Of a stretch of DNA of 46,013 nucleotides, positions 17,740 through 26,683 are shown piece by piece (positions within the stretch are counted from its first letter, which is position 1; each line of letters begins with the position of its first letter). Origin of the DNA: Candidatus Jorgensenbacteria bacterium CG03_land_8_20_14_0_80_38_39 (GTDB lineage Bacteria; Patescibacteriota; Minisyncoccia; UBA6257; GWB1-50-10); assembly GCA_002781185.1 (NCBI GenBank), contig PEUU01000025.1, positions 1 through 46,013 on the forward strand, given 5' to 3'. Both the position numbers and the translations under genes were made by a program. The notes beneath the pieces were generated by a model. That model did no database searches. It was not told the origin of the DNA and was given only the letters and a program-made list of their open reading frames with translations.

Positions 17740-18012
17740 ATGCCGATAACCAAATCTGCTAAAAAAGCTCTTCACCAAAATATCAAAAGGCGAAAAATCA
17801 ATCTTCAAAGAAAGAAAAATTTAAAAGCCGTTATCAAAAAATATCGGCAACTTATTGCCGCCGGTCAATTAGAAGAAGCTAAAAAATATCTGTCTCAAGT
17901 TTATAAAACCATTGATAAAATTGCCAAAACCAAGTTTTTGAAAAAAGGCAAAGCCAACCGTCTTAAAGCCAAACTGGCTTCAAAATTGAAAGAAAAAAAT
18001 AAAGCCGTTTGA
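17740..18012 (+). CDS. rpsT: 30S ribosomal protein S20
   Basis: MPITKSAKKAL, IDKIAK, KANRLKAKL; ATG at 17740. Confidence 0.96.
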   Translation: MPITKSAKKALHQNIKRRKINLQRKKNLKAVIKKYRQLIAAGQLEEAKKYLSQVYKTIDKIAKTKFLKKGKANRLKAKLASKLKEKNKAV

Positions 18013-18016
18013 GGCT

Positions 18017-18829
18017 TTATTTTATTGCCAAATCCAAAAGGGCTTCTTCGTAATCCAAATGGCCGGATTTAATTGAAATATCATAATCAGCCAAGATTTG
18101 AATTTTAGAAGAGGACGTCTGCTGATAAGCCAACGAATTAAAAATATAAGCCGGTTCTTCTTTTTGCAAAAAAAGAAATTCCAAAATTGCCAATCTCTCG
18201 GTCCAAAAATGACTAGCCCAAAATTTTTTTGCCATCAGCCAAATCTTTTCCCGAGAAGACCAAAAGAGCAACGACTTTAAATTTTCCAAAGAAATCGGCT
18301 GAGGGAAATTGACTAATTTTATTTTATCAAAAGCATTGCTCGCCGTCCAAGTTTTGTTATTTTCTTGAACGTCCAAAACATTTTTTAACCACTGCCAAGC
18401 CGAATAAGAAAATTTTAAAGACCGGCCAGCGGCTTCCTTTTTAAGAAAGGATTCCCAGAGATTTCCGATTAATACAGGGAAAGAAAAAAAGGTGCTTGGT
18501 TTTTTCGTTAAAAACTCAAATTCTTTTTTTGGTTCATTACCGTCGGAAATTAAAAGAAAGTTTTGAGAAGTTCTCAATTCTTTTTTTAAAACTTGAAGCC
18601 ACGGTTTCTCATTAACTTTAGTAGCTTCTTTAATAAGAACCACCTTAATCGGTTCAAAAATTGAAGGTTGATTTAAAAAATCCTTTACTTTAATCCAATC
18701 TTCCGGTTCACTTTCCAAATCAACAAATAATCTATCGGCTTGAGGATATTTTTCCTGATAAATTTTAATTAAAGAGAAAAATTTCTGCCTTCGGCGATAA
18801 GAATCCGGACCGAATAAAAAAATAATCAT
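18017..18829 (-). CDS. holA: DNA polymerase III delta-like subunit
   Basis: MIIFLFGPDSY, QPSIF, C-terminal ADYDISIKSG. Confidence 0.75.
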   Translation of the reverse strand: MIIFLFGPDSYRRRQKFFSLIKIYQEKYPQADRLFVDLESEPEDWIKVKDFLNQPSIFEPIKVVLIKEATKVNEKPWLQVLKKELRTSQNFLLISDGNEPKKEFEFLTKKPSTFFSFPVLIGNLWESFLKKEAAGRSLKFSYSAWQWLKNVLDVQENNKTWTASNAFDKIKLVNFPQPISLENLKSLLFWSSREKIWLMAKKFWASHFWTERLAILEFLFLQKEEPAYIFNSLAYQQTSSSKIQILADYDISIKSGHLDYEEALLDLAIK

Positions 18830-19698
18830 TTATTTTGACACTTCGGACAATAATACACCGACCGTCCTTCCATTTTAGCTCTTTTAATTAAAGTTTGGCA
18901 ACGAAAACAGGGTTGATTTTCCCGACGATAAACTTTTAATTTCTGCTCATATTTCCCCGGCTGACCAGCCGTATCCCGATAATTGTCAACCGACGTTCCC
19001 CGGAATCTGAGAGCCTGATTCAAGACCTTTCCCAAGGCCAAATAAAGGTTTTTCCGCTCTTGAGGATTCAATTGAAAAGCTGATTTAAAAGGACAAATTT
19101 TGGCGGCCCATAAAATTTCATTGGAATAGATATTGCCGATGCCGCTAATAACATTTTGGTCCATTAAAACTTGCTTGATTTTTCTTTTTTCCTCTTGGAA
19201 TAAAGAAGAAAATTTTGCCAAGGTAAAGTCCTTGGTTAAGGGTTCAGGTCCTAAATTTTTTAAATCGGGCAAAGATTCAATTTCTTGAGCCGAACCAAAA
19301 ATAACCTTGGCAAATTTTCTCAAGTCCGATAGAGCTAACATTTGACCGTTATCCAAATAAAAAATCAAATGAATATAATCATTAACTTTTTCTCCAAGAA
19401 TTCCTTTGTCTCTTGGTTGGACTTGATTATTTTTTATTTGCCAGCGGCCGACTAAAAGATGGCCGGTTAATTTTTGATGAATGAGCAGAAGTCGGTTGTT
19501 GTTTAAGTCAATTAAAATGTTTTTTGCCCGGCGACGAATATTTTCAATTTTAGAATTTTTTATCTCTTCTTCAAATTGTTTAAAATTCGGACGCTGAACA
19601 ATTTTGGGCGTATCCGACCAAATTTTTAAAATTCGACGACCAACTATTTTTTTCTTTAAATCGTCAACAACGGTTTGAACTTCCGGTAATTCGGGCAT
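18826..19698 (-). CDS. mutM: Formamidopyrimidine-DNA glycosylase
   Basis: MPELPEV, RRAK, LGPEPL, LMDQ..ISGIGNIY, zinc finger CFRC..CPKCQ. Confidence 0.97.
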   Translation of the reverse strand: MPELPEVQTVVDDLKKKIVGRRILKIWSDTPKIVQRPNFKQFEEEIKNSKIENIRRRAKNILIDLNNNRLLLIHQKLTGHLLVGRWQIKNNQVQPRDKGILGEKVNDYIHLIFYLDNGQMLALSDLRKFAKVIFGSAQEIESLPDLKNLGPEPLTKDFTLAKFSSLFQEEKRKIKQVLMDQNVISGIGNIYSNEILWAAKICPFKSAFQLNPQERKNLYLALGKVLNQALRFRGTSVDNYRDTAGQPGKYEQKLKVYRRENQPCFRCQTLIKRAKMEGRSVYYCPKCQNK

Positions 19699-19936
19699 AT
19701 TCTTCTTTTAAAATTTTTTCTAATTCTTGATAAGAAATTAAAAAGGCCGACGGTTTAACAACAACTAAAAATTTTTTATTAGAAGATGAAGGGAGTTGTA
19801 AAATGTTTTTAATTCTTCTTCTTAAAAGATTGCGTTTAGTTGCCTTGGGGGCAGTTTTTTTACTAATGATAACGACGAGCGGAGCCTTTTGCTTCTGGGA
19901 AGAAGAAATTCTTAAAATAATCGGTAAATTAATCAA
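19664..19936 (-). CDS. rnpA: RNase P protein component (short)
   Basis: [20 protein letters not shown]-like motif; TTGA overlap with the rpmH stop. Confidence 0.85.
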   Translation of the reverse strand: MINLPIILRISSSQKQKAPLVVIISKKTAPKATKRNLLRRRIKNILQLPSSSNKKFLVVVKPSAFLISYQELEKILKEEYARITGSSNRC

Positions 19937-20067
19937 GGAACTATTTTCCCCCTGTTTTTTTGCCGTCGGCGCCTTAAAACCGCCCGACCGCCAGGCAAAC
20001 GTTGACGTTTCAAAAATCCGTGAGTTCTCTTTCTTTTTCTTTTTTTAGGTTGAAATGTTTGCGACAT
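19933..20067 (-). CDS. rpmH: 50S ribosomal protein L34 (not in ORF track)
   Basis: [44 protein letters not shown]; divergent from dnaA. Confidence 0.96.
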   Translation of the reverse strand: MSQTFQPKKRKRKRTHGFLKRQRLPGGRAVLRRRRQKNRGKIVP

Positions 20068-20274
20068 TTAATTATTACTATTATAGCAGAAAGTTCCCTT
20101 ATTTGAAAATAGAATTTTTCTCCACAGTTAATTAACACTTAACCAACAAAAAAGCTTTTTAAAGGTATTGCCAAGGTTTAAAATGTCTTTATGATTAAGA
20201 TAAATTAAGACCGTTGAATTATTCAACACCCTCAAATTATAATTAAACTAAATAAAATTAAAACTTTTTAAGCT
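20068..20274. promoter_or_regulatory. rpmH-dnaA divergent region with a DnaA-box-like site
   Basis: TTCTCCACA at 20118-20126; AT-rich. Confidence 0.55.
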
Positions 20275-21663
20275 ATGATGAATAATTACAATGAACTTTG
20301 GAAAGCGGTTTTAGGAGAAGTTGAGGTCCAAATTTCCCGACCAAATTTTTTAACTTGGCTAAAACAAAGTCAAATTGTCGGCAAAGACGAAAAAGAAAAC
20401 ACCATTTTTGTTGGTTTGCCCAACAATTTCGCCAGAGAGTGGGTAAAAAATAAATACCATAAAATTATTTTTGGTTCTTTGCGCAATTTTGATAACTCTA
20501 TTAAGGGCGTGGAATATGTAATTTTTAATCCCGCCGGAACTGTTTTCTCGCCAATTTTAGAAAAAAAGTCAAAGACAGGCCTTGCTTCTGCTAATAAAGC
20601 TTCTCTGCCTCTTTTAGAGTTGAAAATTGATCCCAAAACCAATCTTAACCCTCGTTATACTTTTGAATCGTTTGTCGTCGGCTCTTCCAATGAACTAGCT
20701 CACGCCGCCGCCATGGCTATTGTCAAAGACATCGGTCAAAAATATAATCCCTTTTTTGTTTACGGCGGCGTTGGTTTGGGCAAAACCCATCTTCTTCAAG
20801 CGATGGGAAATGAAATTAAAAAATCTTATCAAAATAAAATCAATGTTTTTTACACCACTTCCGAAAAATTTGTTAGCGATGTTGTTTGGGCAATCCGCAA
20901 CAAACAAATGGACGACATTAAAAAGAAATATCGCAACGTTGACGTTTTAATTATTGACGACATTCAATTCATCGGCGGCAAAGAAAGAAGTGAAGAAGAA
21001 TTTTTCCATACTTTTAACGTTCTCTATGAAAACAATAAGCAAATTGTTATTTCTTCTGACCGGCCGCCGGGGGCCATTCCAACCTTAACCGAAAGGCTGC
21101 GTTCCCGTTTTGAAGGCGGTATGATTGCCGATATTACCTACCCCGATTATGAAATGAGGCTGGCTATTTTAAAAAATAAAGTTCAAGAAAGGAGCATTTT
21201 TATAGAAGACAAAATCCTGGAGCAAGTTGCTTTCAAAGTTCAGAAGAATATTCGGGAATTGGAAGGGGTTTTAAATAAAATCATTTTTTACCAAGAGTAT
21301 AAAAAAGAAAAAATTGACAATCAAAAATTAGAAGAAATTATTATTGAAGCCAGTCAAACTTCTTCAAAAAACGTCACCATTAACGATATTATTAAAGCGG
21401 TGACCGATTTTTATGAAGTTTCGCCTAATGAAATTGCCAACAGGAACCGCAAGCAAGAAATTGTTGAGCCCCGGCAAATAATTATGTACTTGTTAAGGGA
21501 AATTTTAAAACTTTCCTATCCTCATATTGGGGAAAGGCTGGGCAAAAGAGACCATACCACCGCCATTCACTCTTGCGAAAAAGTTGCCCGTGACATTAAC
21601 CGCAATGCGGCTTTTAATCAAAAAATAATGATGATTAAAGAAAAAATATACAAAATGTCATAA
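20275..21663 (+). CDS. dnaA: Chromosomal replication initiator DnaA
   Basis: LNPRYTF, GGVGLGKTHLL, IIDDIQF, RLRSRFEGG, RDHTT. Confidence 0.99.
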   Translation: MMNNYNELWKAVLGEVEVQISRPNFLTWLKQSQIVGKDEKENTIFVGLPNNFAREWVKNKYHKIIFGSLRNFDNSIKGVEYVIFNPAGTVFSPILEKKSKTGLASANKASLPLLELKIDPKTNLNPRYTFESFVVGSSNELAHAAAMAIVKDIGQKYNPFFVYGGVGLGKTHLLQAMGNEIKKSYQNKINVFYTTSEKFVSDVVWAIRNKQMDDIKKKYRNVDVLIIDDIQFIGGKERSEEEFFHTFNVLYENNKQIVISSDRPPGAIPTLTERLRSRFEGGMIADITYPDYEMRLAILKNKVQERSIFIEDKILEQVAFKVQKNIRELEGVLNKIIFYQEYKKEKIDNQKLEEIIIEASQTSSKNVTINDIIKAVTDFYEVSPNEIANRNRKQEIVEPRQIIMYLLREILKLSYPHIGERLGKRDHTTAIHSCEKVARDINRNAAFNQKIMMIKEKIYKMS

Positions 21664-21820
21664 CCCGTGGATAACTTGAAGATTATTTTAAAAAAATTTA
21701 ATTTGTTTTATCTTTATCAACAACTTATTAAATACTTATTTTCTTTAAAAAGGATAAAAAAACATTTATCAATCTGCTTAAAAAATTATTAACCATTTTA
21801 TTCACAGTTCTACAACAACA
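21664..21820. other. Probable oriC (dnaA-dnaN intergenic)
   Basis: DnaA-box-like CGTGGATAA (21666-21674), TTATCAACA (21714-21722) and TTATTCACA (21798-21806) in an AT-rich spacer. Confidence 0.7.
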
Positions 21821-22924
21821 ATGAAATTAATAATATTAAAAAATAATTTATTGGAAGGACTAACAACTTTGGAAAAAGCTGTGGGAAACAATACAAATTT
21901 ACCAATTCTTAGAAATTTTTTAATTCAAACAGAAGGTAATAAAATAACTCTTATTTCTACTGACCTTGAAATAGCGGTTAAATATTTTCTTTCGGGAAAA
22001 ATAATTGAAAATGGAAAATTAACCGTCCCTTTTTTTATTGTCAATACCATTGCCAAAAATTTAACCAGCGAAAGAGTTGATTTAGAAACAAAAGAAAAAA
22101 AATTACTTATTAAAACCGACAATTATGAAGCCACTATTCAAGGTCAAGACCCGGAAGAATTTCCTATAATTCCCAAAATTAGCAATCAAGATAAATTCTT
22201 TAAATTTAAACTGGCGACTTTTAAAGAAAATTTAGCTAAAGTTTTAGCCGCCAGCCAATATTCTAATATTCGGCAAGAAATTAATGGCGTATTTTTTAAG
22301 TATGAAGAAAAAACCTTAAAATTAGCCGCGACTGACAGTTTTCGTTTGGCTGAAAAAACATACAATCAAGACCAACTTGAAAGTAATTTTGAGAAAATAA
22401 GTTTTATTCTTCCCTTGAAAACTGCTTATGAAATTTTAAGAATTCCCGACGGTCAAGAAATAATTGTTTTTATTGATGCCAATCAAGTCCTTTTTAAAAC
22501 AGAAAATCAGGAAATTATTTCTCGTTTAATTGACGGTCATTTTCCTGATTATCAATCAGTTATTCCTAAAGAATTTAAAACGGAATTAAGAATCAACCGT
22601 GAAGAGTTAATTAAGGCAATAAAACTAACAAGCGTTTTTTCCGGCGGAACCAATGATATTTCTTTAAAAATCAGTGATAATAAAAAGTTTTTAGAAATTT
22701 ATTCCAATAGCGACCAGTTAGGTGAAAATCGTTATTTAATCCCGGTGAAATTAAAAGGCGAACCATTTTCTTTGGTTCTTAATTGGCGTTATTTTATTGA
22801 TGGTTTAAAAATTTATCAAACCGAAGAAATAGATTTGGGTATTAATGAAGCCGACCGCCCTTTACTTATCAAATCTTCTAACGATTCTTCTTTGTTTTAT
22901 ATTTTAATGCCCTTGAAAAGTTAA
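21821..22924 (+). CDS. dnaN: DNA polymerase III beta clamp
   Basis: LPIL, STDLE, ATDSFRLAE, SRLIDGHFPDY, ILMP. Confidence 0.98.
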   Translation: MKLIILKNNLLEGLTTLEKAVGNNTNLPILRNFLIQTEGNKITLISTDLEIAVKYFLSGKIIENGKLTVPFFIVNTIAKNLTSERVDLETKEKKLLIKTDNYEATIQGQDPEEFPIIPKISNQDKFFKFKLATFKENLAKVLAASQYSNIRQEINGVFFKYEEKTLKLAATDSFRLAEKTYNQDQLESNFEKISFILPLKTAYEILRIPDGQEIIVFIDANQVLFKTENQEIISRLIDGHFPDYQSVIPKEFKTELRINREELIKAIKLTSVFSGGTNDISLKISDNKKFLEIYSNSDQLGENRYLIPVKLKGEPFSLVLNWRYFIDGLKIYQTEEIDLGINEADRPLLIKSSNDSSLFYILMPLKS

Positions 22925-22934
22925 GAAAATAAAT

Positions 22935-25337
22935 TTATTTAGAAAAAACTATCATTGAAGTTTTTATAACCTCATTTGTTTGGTCGCTGACAATGAGTTC
23001 AATTAAGATTTGGGATGGGAAAGCGGAAGAGCCGATTTGGTAGGAAAAATGAAAGGAATTACCCTTTAGCGGTTTGGAAGTTAAAAGTTGATGATTCCAG
23101 TAAAGTTCCAGATTTTTTAAAGGATAAGGGCTGTGAATATCCGCCTTGATATTTAACGGTGAAGAAATAAAATCGCCATTTTTTGGCAGGACATTGGAGA
23201 TGCTTAATTGGTCGGGCATTTTTGGGCCAACGGCAGCGGCTGGCTGGGGTTTTGTTTGAAAAAGACGGGGAAAATTTTCTTGAGCCCAAGCCAAAACCCC
23301 TTTTTCCCAATTTGAAAATTGGGGGTCGTTTTCAGGATTTAAAGGGAAATCTCCCAAAGGGTCATTTTTATTGACAAAATATAAAATGGAATGAATTTGG
23401 GAAATGGTTTTGCCGTCAGAAGCGGTTTTATAAATAAATTGACCATTGAGCATTGGTTTGTCAGGAAGTGGCCAGGGATCGGGTTTTTCAAATAATTCCG
23501 GCTGGTAATTTTTTAAGGCTTCTTGCCAAAAAGCGCTCCAAATTGGGACGGCGGCCAAGATGCTACCGCCTTTGCGAACCATTGGTGAGTTATCATTGTT
23601 GCCAGCCCAAACCCCGACGGTTAAAAAAGGAGTGTAACCAAAAGCCCAAGCATCGTGATAATCATTGCTCGTGCCGGTTTTTAGAGCCACGTCGTAATCC
23701 GGGAAAAAGGTTAAGTTTAAGCTGTTTTGGTATAAGGGCGCCCGCAGGTCCTTGTCGGAAAGAATTTGGTTAATTAATTTGATGGGTTGAGGGTCAAAGA
23801 CTTTGGCGGCTTGGTCCTTATAGCTTTCCAAAATCTTTCCTTGGTTGTCCTCAACCTTAAGAATCAGGGCTTGTTCGTGTTTAATACCTTCTTGGCTCAA
23901 AACACTGTAGGCCTTAACCAAGTCAATTAATTTTATCGCTCCTCCTCCTAAAACCAATGATAAACCGTATTGATTTTTGCCTTCGGAAAGGGTGCTGATG
24001 CCAAAGTGATGGAGGGTTTTAATGACGTCGTCAACGCCGACGAGGTAAAGAACCTTGACTCCCAGGACATTGATTGATTGGGCCAGGGCTTCTTGAAAAG
24101 AAATTGGTCCTCGGAATTTGTCGTCAAAATTCAGCGGCGCGTAGCTGTGAACCGGATCGCCGGTAGTATCAAATTCAGTTTGGACGTCAAAAATTTGGGT
24201 TTGCGGCGGATAACCTTTTTGAAAAGCCAAAAGATAAACAAAAGGCTTTAAAGCTGAACCGGGTTGACGTAGGCCCTGAGTGGCGACATTGAAATTTCCT
24301 TCATTTTTTATGTCAAAATAATCTTTGGACCCGACTAAAGTCAAAATTTGACCGGTCTTTGAGTCTTCGGCCACTAAAGCCGCGTTCCCCCCCTGATAAA
24401 GTTCGGCGTTTCTTTCTGCTCCTTCCTTCACCACTCTTTCGGCAATTTGTTGGAGATTCCAATCTAAGGTGGTGATGACTTTCAAACCACCGCGCTCCAC
24501 TAAATCTTCGCCGTAGCGGTTAATCAGATAATCCTTGACCGTTAAAACAAAATGAGGAGCTTTTATTAAGCCAGCGGAGGGTGGAAAAATTTTCGCTTTT
24601 TCCACTTTCGCTTGGTCAGCGGTTTTTTGGTCAATACTTTTTAAACTAACCAAACGATCAAGAATATAATTTTTCCTTTCTTCCAATTCTTTTAAATGAT
24701 TGCCCCAAGGCGAATAATAACTTGGAGCCTTTGGTAAACTGGCTAAAATAGCGGCTTCAGTCAAAGTTAAATCCTTGGCTGATTTATGAAAATAATTTTG
24801 GGCAGCCGATTCAATGCCGTAAATATTGGAACCGTAAGGAATTTGGTTAAGGTAAAATTCCAAAATTTGATCCTTAGAATAAAGGGACTCTAAACGAATG
24901 GCCAAAATTAATTCTTTAATTTTGCGAGTGAGGGTTTTTTCCGGGCTTAAAAAAACATTTTTGGCTAATTGTTGAGTGATGGTTGAGCCGCCTTGGGTGA
25001 TTCGGCCTTCTTTCAAATTCGTCCAAAGAGCTCTTAGAATTGCTTTCCAATCAAAAGCCGGCTCATTATAAAATTCAGCATTTTCGGCCGCTAGAGTTGT
25101 GATGACGACATTTTTAGGAATTTCGGAAAAATTAATAACCGTTCTTTTTTCTTGGCCGTGGATTTCGTAAAGAAGAATTTTGCCGGTTCGGTCGTAAATT
25201 TTTGTTGATTGACTCAAAAGATAATTGCCGAATTCGTTGGGCGAAGGCAGGTTTTTGACAATTGAAGAAAGGTAAATAACGACCAAGGCGGTCAGTCCGA
25301 GTATTAAAATAAAAACAAGTCCGAGAGTTTTTTTCAT
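22935..25337 (-). CDS. Class A penicillin-binding protein (transglycosylase/transpeptidase)
   Basis: QGGSTITQQL, RKIKE, YLNQIPYG, RQPGSALKP (SxxK), SIN, KTGT; likely ATG at 25337. Confidence 0.95.
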   Translation of the reverse strand: MKKTLGLVFILILGLTALVVIYLSSIVKNLPSPNEFGNYLLSQSTKIYDRTGKILLYEIHGQEKRTVINFSEIPKNVVITTLAAENAEFYNEPAFDWKAILRALWTNLKEGRITQGGSTITQQLAKNVFLSPEKTLTRKIKELILAIRLESLYSKDQILEFYLNQIPYGSNIYGIESAAQNYFHKSAKDLTLTEAAILASLPKAPSYYSPWGNHLKELEERKNYILDRLVSLKSIDQKTADQAKVEKAKIFPPSAGLIKAPHFVLTVKDYLINRYGEDLVERGGLKVITTLDWNLQQIAERVVKEGAERNAELYQGGNAALVAEDSKTGQILTLVGSKDYFDIKNEGNFNVATQGLRQPGSALKPFVYLLAFQKGYPPQTQIFDVQTEFDTTGDPVHSYAPLNFDDKFRGPISFQEALAQSINVLGVKVLYLVGVDDVIKTLHHFGISTLSEGKNQYGLSLVLGGGAIKLIDLVKAYSVLSQEGIKHEQALILKVEDNQGKILESYKDQAAKVFDPQPIKLINQILSDKDLRAPLYQNSLNLTFFPDYDVALKTGTSNDYHDAWAFGYTPFLTVGVWAGNNDNSPMVRKGGSILAAVPIWSAFWQEALKNYQPELFEKPDPWPLPDKPMLNGQFIYKTASDGKTISQIHSILYFVNKNDPLGDFPLNPENDPQFSNWEKGVLAWAQENFPRLFQTKPQPAAAVGPKMPDQLSISNVLPKNGDFISSPLNIKADIHSPYPLKNLELYWNHQLLTSKPLKGNSFHFSYQIGSSAFPSQILIELIVSDQTNEVIKTSMIVFSK

Positions 25338-25359
25338 TATTGGCAATATTAAGATTAAC

Positions 25360-25397
25360 ACAAAACCCCCGGCTCGTTTAGGGATTGGGGGTTTTGT
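25360..25397 (-). terminator. Hairpin downstream of the acidic microprotein gene
   Basis: ACAAAACCCCC...GGGGGTTTTGT inverted repeat. Confidence 0.6.
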
Positions 25398-25407
25398 AAA
25401 AATAAAT

Positions 25408-25578
25408 TTAAATTTCTTCGTCTATATCCGGTTCTTCTTCCTCTTCTTCTTCCTCTTCTTGAATGTCATTATCTGAATCATCGTCGGCCGGATTAGGAGA
25501 AAAATCATCGTCTTTTTTTTTCGGTTCGGTATTTAAATCTTCGTCATTTAGAAATTCATCGTCTCTTTTTTTGGCCAT
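25408..25578 (-). CDS. Highly acidic 56-aa microprotein (not in ORF track)
   Basis: MAKKRDDEFLNDEDLNTEPKKKDDDFSPNPADDDSDNDIQEEEEEEEEEPDIDEEI; upstream TTGACA..TATACT; downstream hairpin. Confidence 0.7.
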   Translation of the reverse strand: MAKKRDDEFLNDEDLNTEPKKKDDDFSPNPADDDSDNDIQEEEEEEEEEPDIDEEI

Positions 25579-25658
25579 AACTTATCTTTTTAATTAATGG
25601 GGCAAAGCTTTAAAAACGACCTTTTATTATTATGGACATAGTATAATCAACGACTAAA

Positions 25659-26141
25659 TTATGTCAACTTAATATTTTTGTAAGAAGAGCTGATGGCAAT
25701 GGCTAAGGCGTCGGTAATGTCATCAATTTTGGGAATTTGATTTTTGTTTAAGTGAAGGAAAAAACTGACCATTTTGGCTACCCCTTTTTTGTCGGCTCGA
25801 CCGTCGCCGGTAAGGGCTTTTTTTATTTCCGGCGGCGTCATTTCAATAAAAGGAATTTTTTGTTCTAAAATAGCGGCGATAATAATTCCTCGCGATTGAG
25901 CCACCTCTAAACCGGTTTTTTGATTTTTAACAAAATAAATTTTTTCTAAACCAATTAAATCAGGCCGGATTTCCCTTAAAAGTTTTTTAAAACTTTTTTG
26001 AACCGCCAAAAGCCTTTGTTCTGCGGGGTGAGAAGGAAAATTTAACAAGCCGCTTTTTAAGTAAAACAGTTGATTTTTTTCTTGACGAATTGCGCCGTAG
26101 CCGATGCGAACGCTGCCCGGGTCAATGCCCAAAATAATCAT
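25659..26141 (-). CDS. ruvC: Holliday junction resolvase RuvC
   Basis: ILGIDPG, LEKIYF, GDGRADK, DDITDALAIA. Confidence 0.96.
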   Translation of the reverse strand: MIILGIDPGSVRIGYGAIRQEKNQLFYLKSGLLNFPSHPAEQRLLAVQKSFKKLLREIRPDLIGLEKIYFVKNQKTGLEVAQSRGIIIAAILEQKIPFIEMTPPEIKKALTGDGRADKKGVAKMVSFFLHLNKNQIPKIDDITDALAIAISSSYKNIKLT

Positions 26142-26151
26142 TAAATTTTAT

Positions 26152-26682
26152 TTAAGCGTTAGTGAATACTTTTTGAACGTCGTCATGATTTTCTAAAATT
26201 CCAATTAAATCTTGAAGTTTCTTTTTATCTTCTTCATTAAGAGGTTGTTGAAATTTTGCCCGCCATTCGGTTTGAGTTTGGTCGGGTTCAAAATGCCAGC
26301 GGACGCTTCCGGGTTCAGCCAATTTAGTGTTATTTTCTTTAAGCAAATGTTTAATTTCGGCTATGGTCCGCTGTTTATTGTTGGTGATGATTTGAATTAA
26401 AATAGCTGTTCCGCCCGGCCCGTAAGCTTCTAAGGTTAAATCTTCCAGATTTTGAATAGCTTCATCAGCCCTTTTTACGGCTCGTTCAATGGTTTCTTGG
26501 GGGATTTGATGCTCTTTGGCTTTTTCAACGGCGGTTCTTAAACGGGGATTAAATTGAGGATTGGGTTCTAGCCGGCCGGCGGCGACAATAGCGGCTATAA
26601 GTTTGGAAAAAACCCGCCCTCTTTTTTGGTCAGTTGTTTTCTTTTTGATTTTTATTTGTTTCCAATGGCTATGACCGGCCAT
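26152..26682 (-). CDS. yebC: YebC/PmpR family protein (short form)
   Basis: MAGHSHW, NPRLR, EAYGPGG, DDVQKVFTN. Confidence 0.93.
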   Translation of the reverse strand: MAGHSHWKQIKIKKKTTDQKRGRVFSKLIAAIVAAGRLEPNPQFNPRLRTAVEKAKEHQIPQETIERAVKRADEAIQNLEDLTLEAYGPGGTAILIQIITNNKQRTIAEIKHLLKENNTKLAEPGSVRWHFEPDQTQTEWRAKFQQPLNEEDKKKLQDLIGILENHDDVQKVFTNA

Positions 26683-26683
26683 A

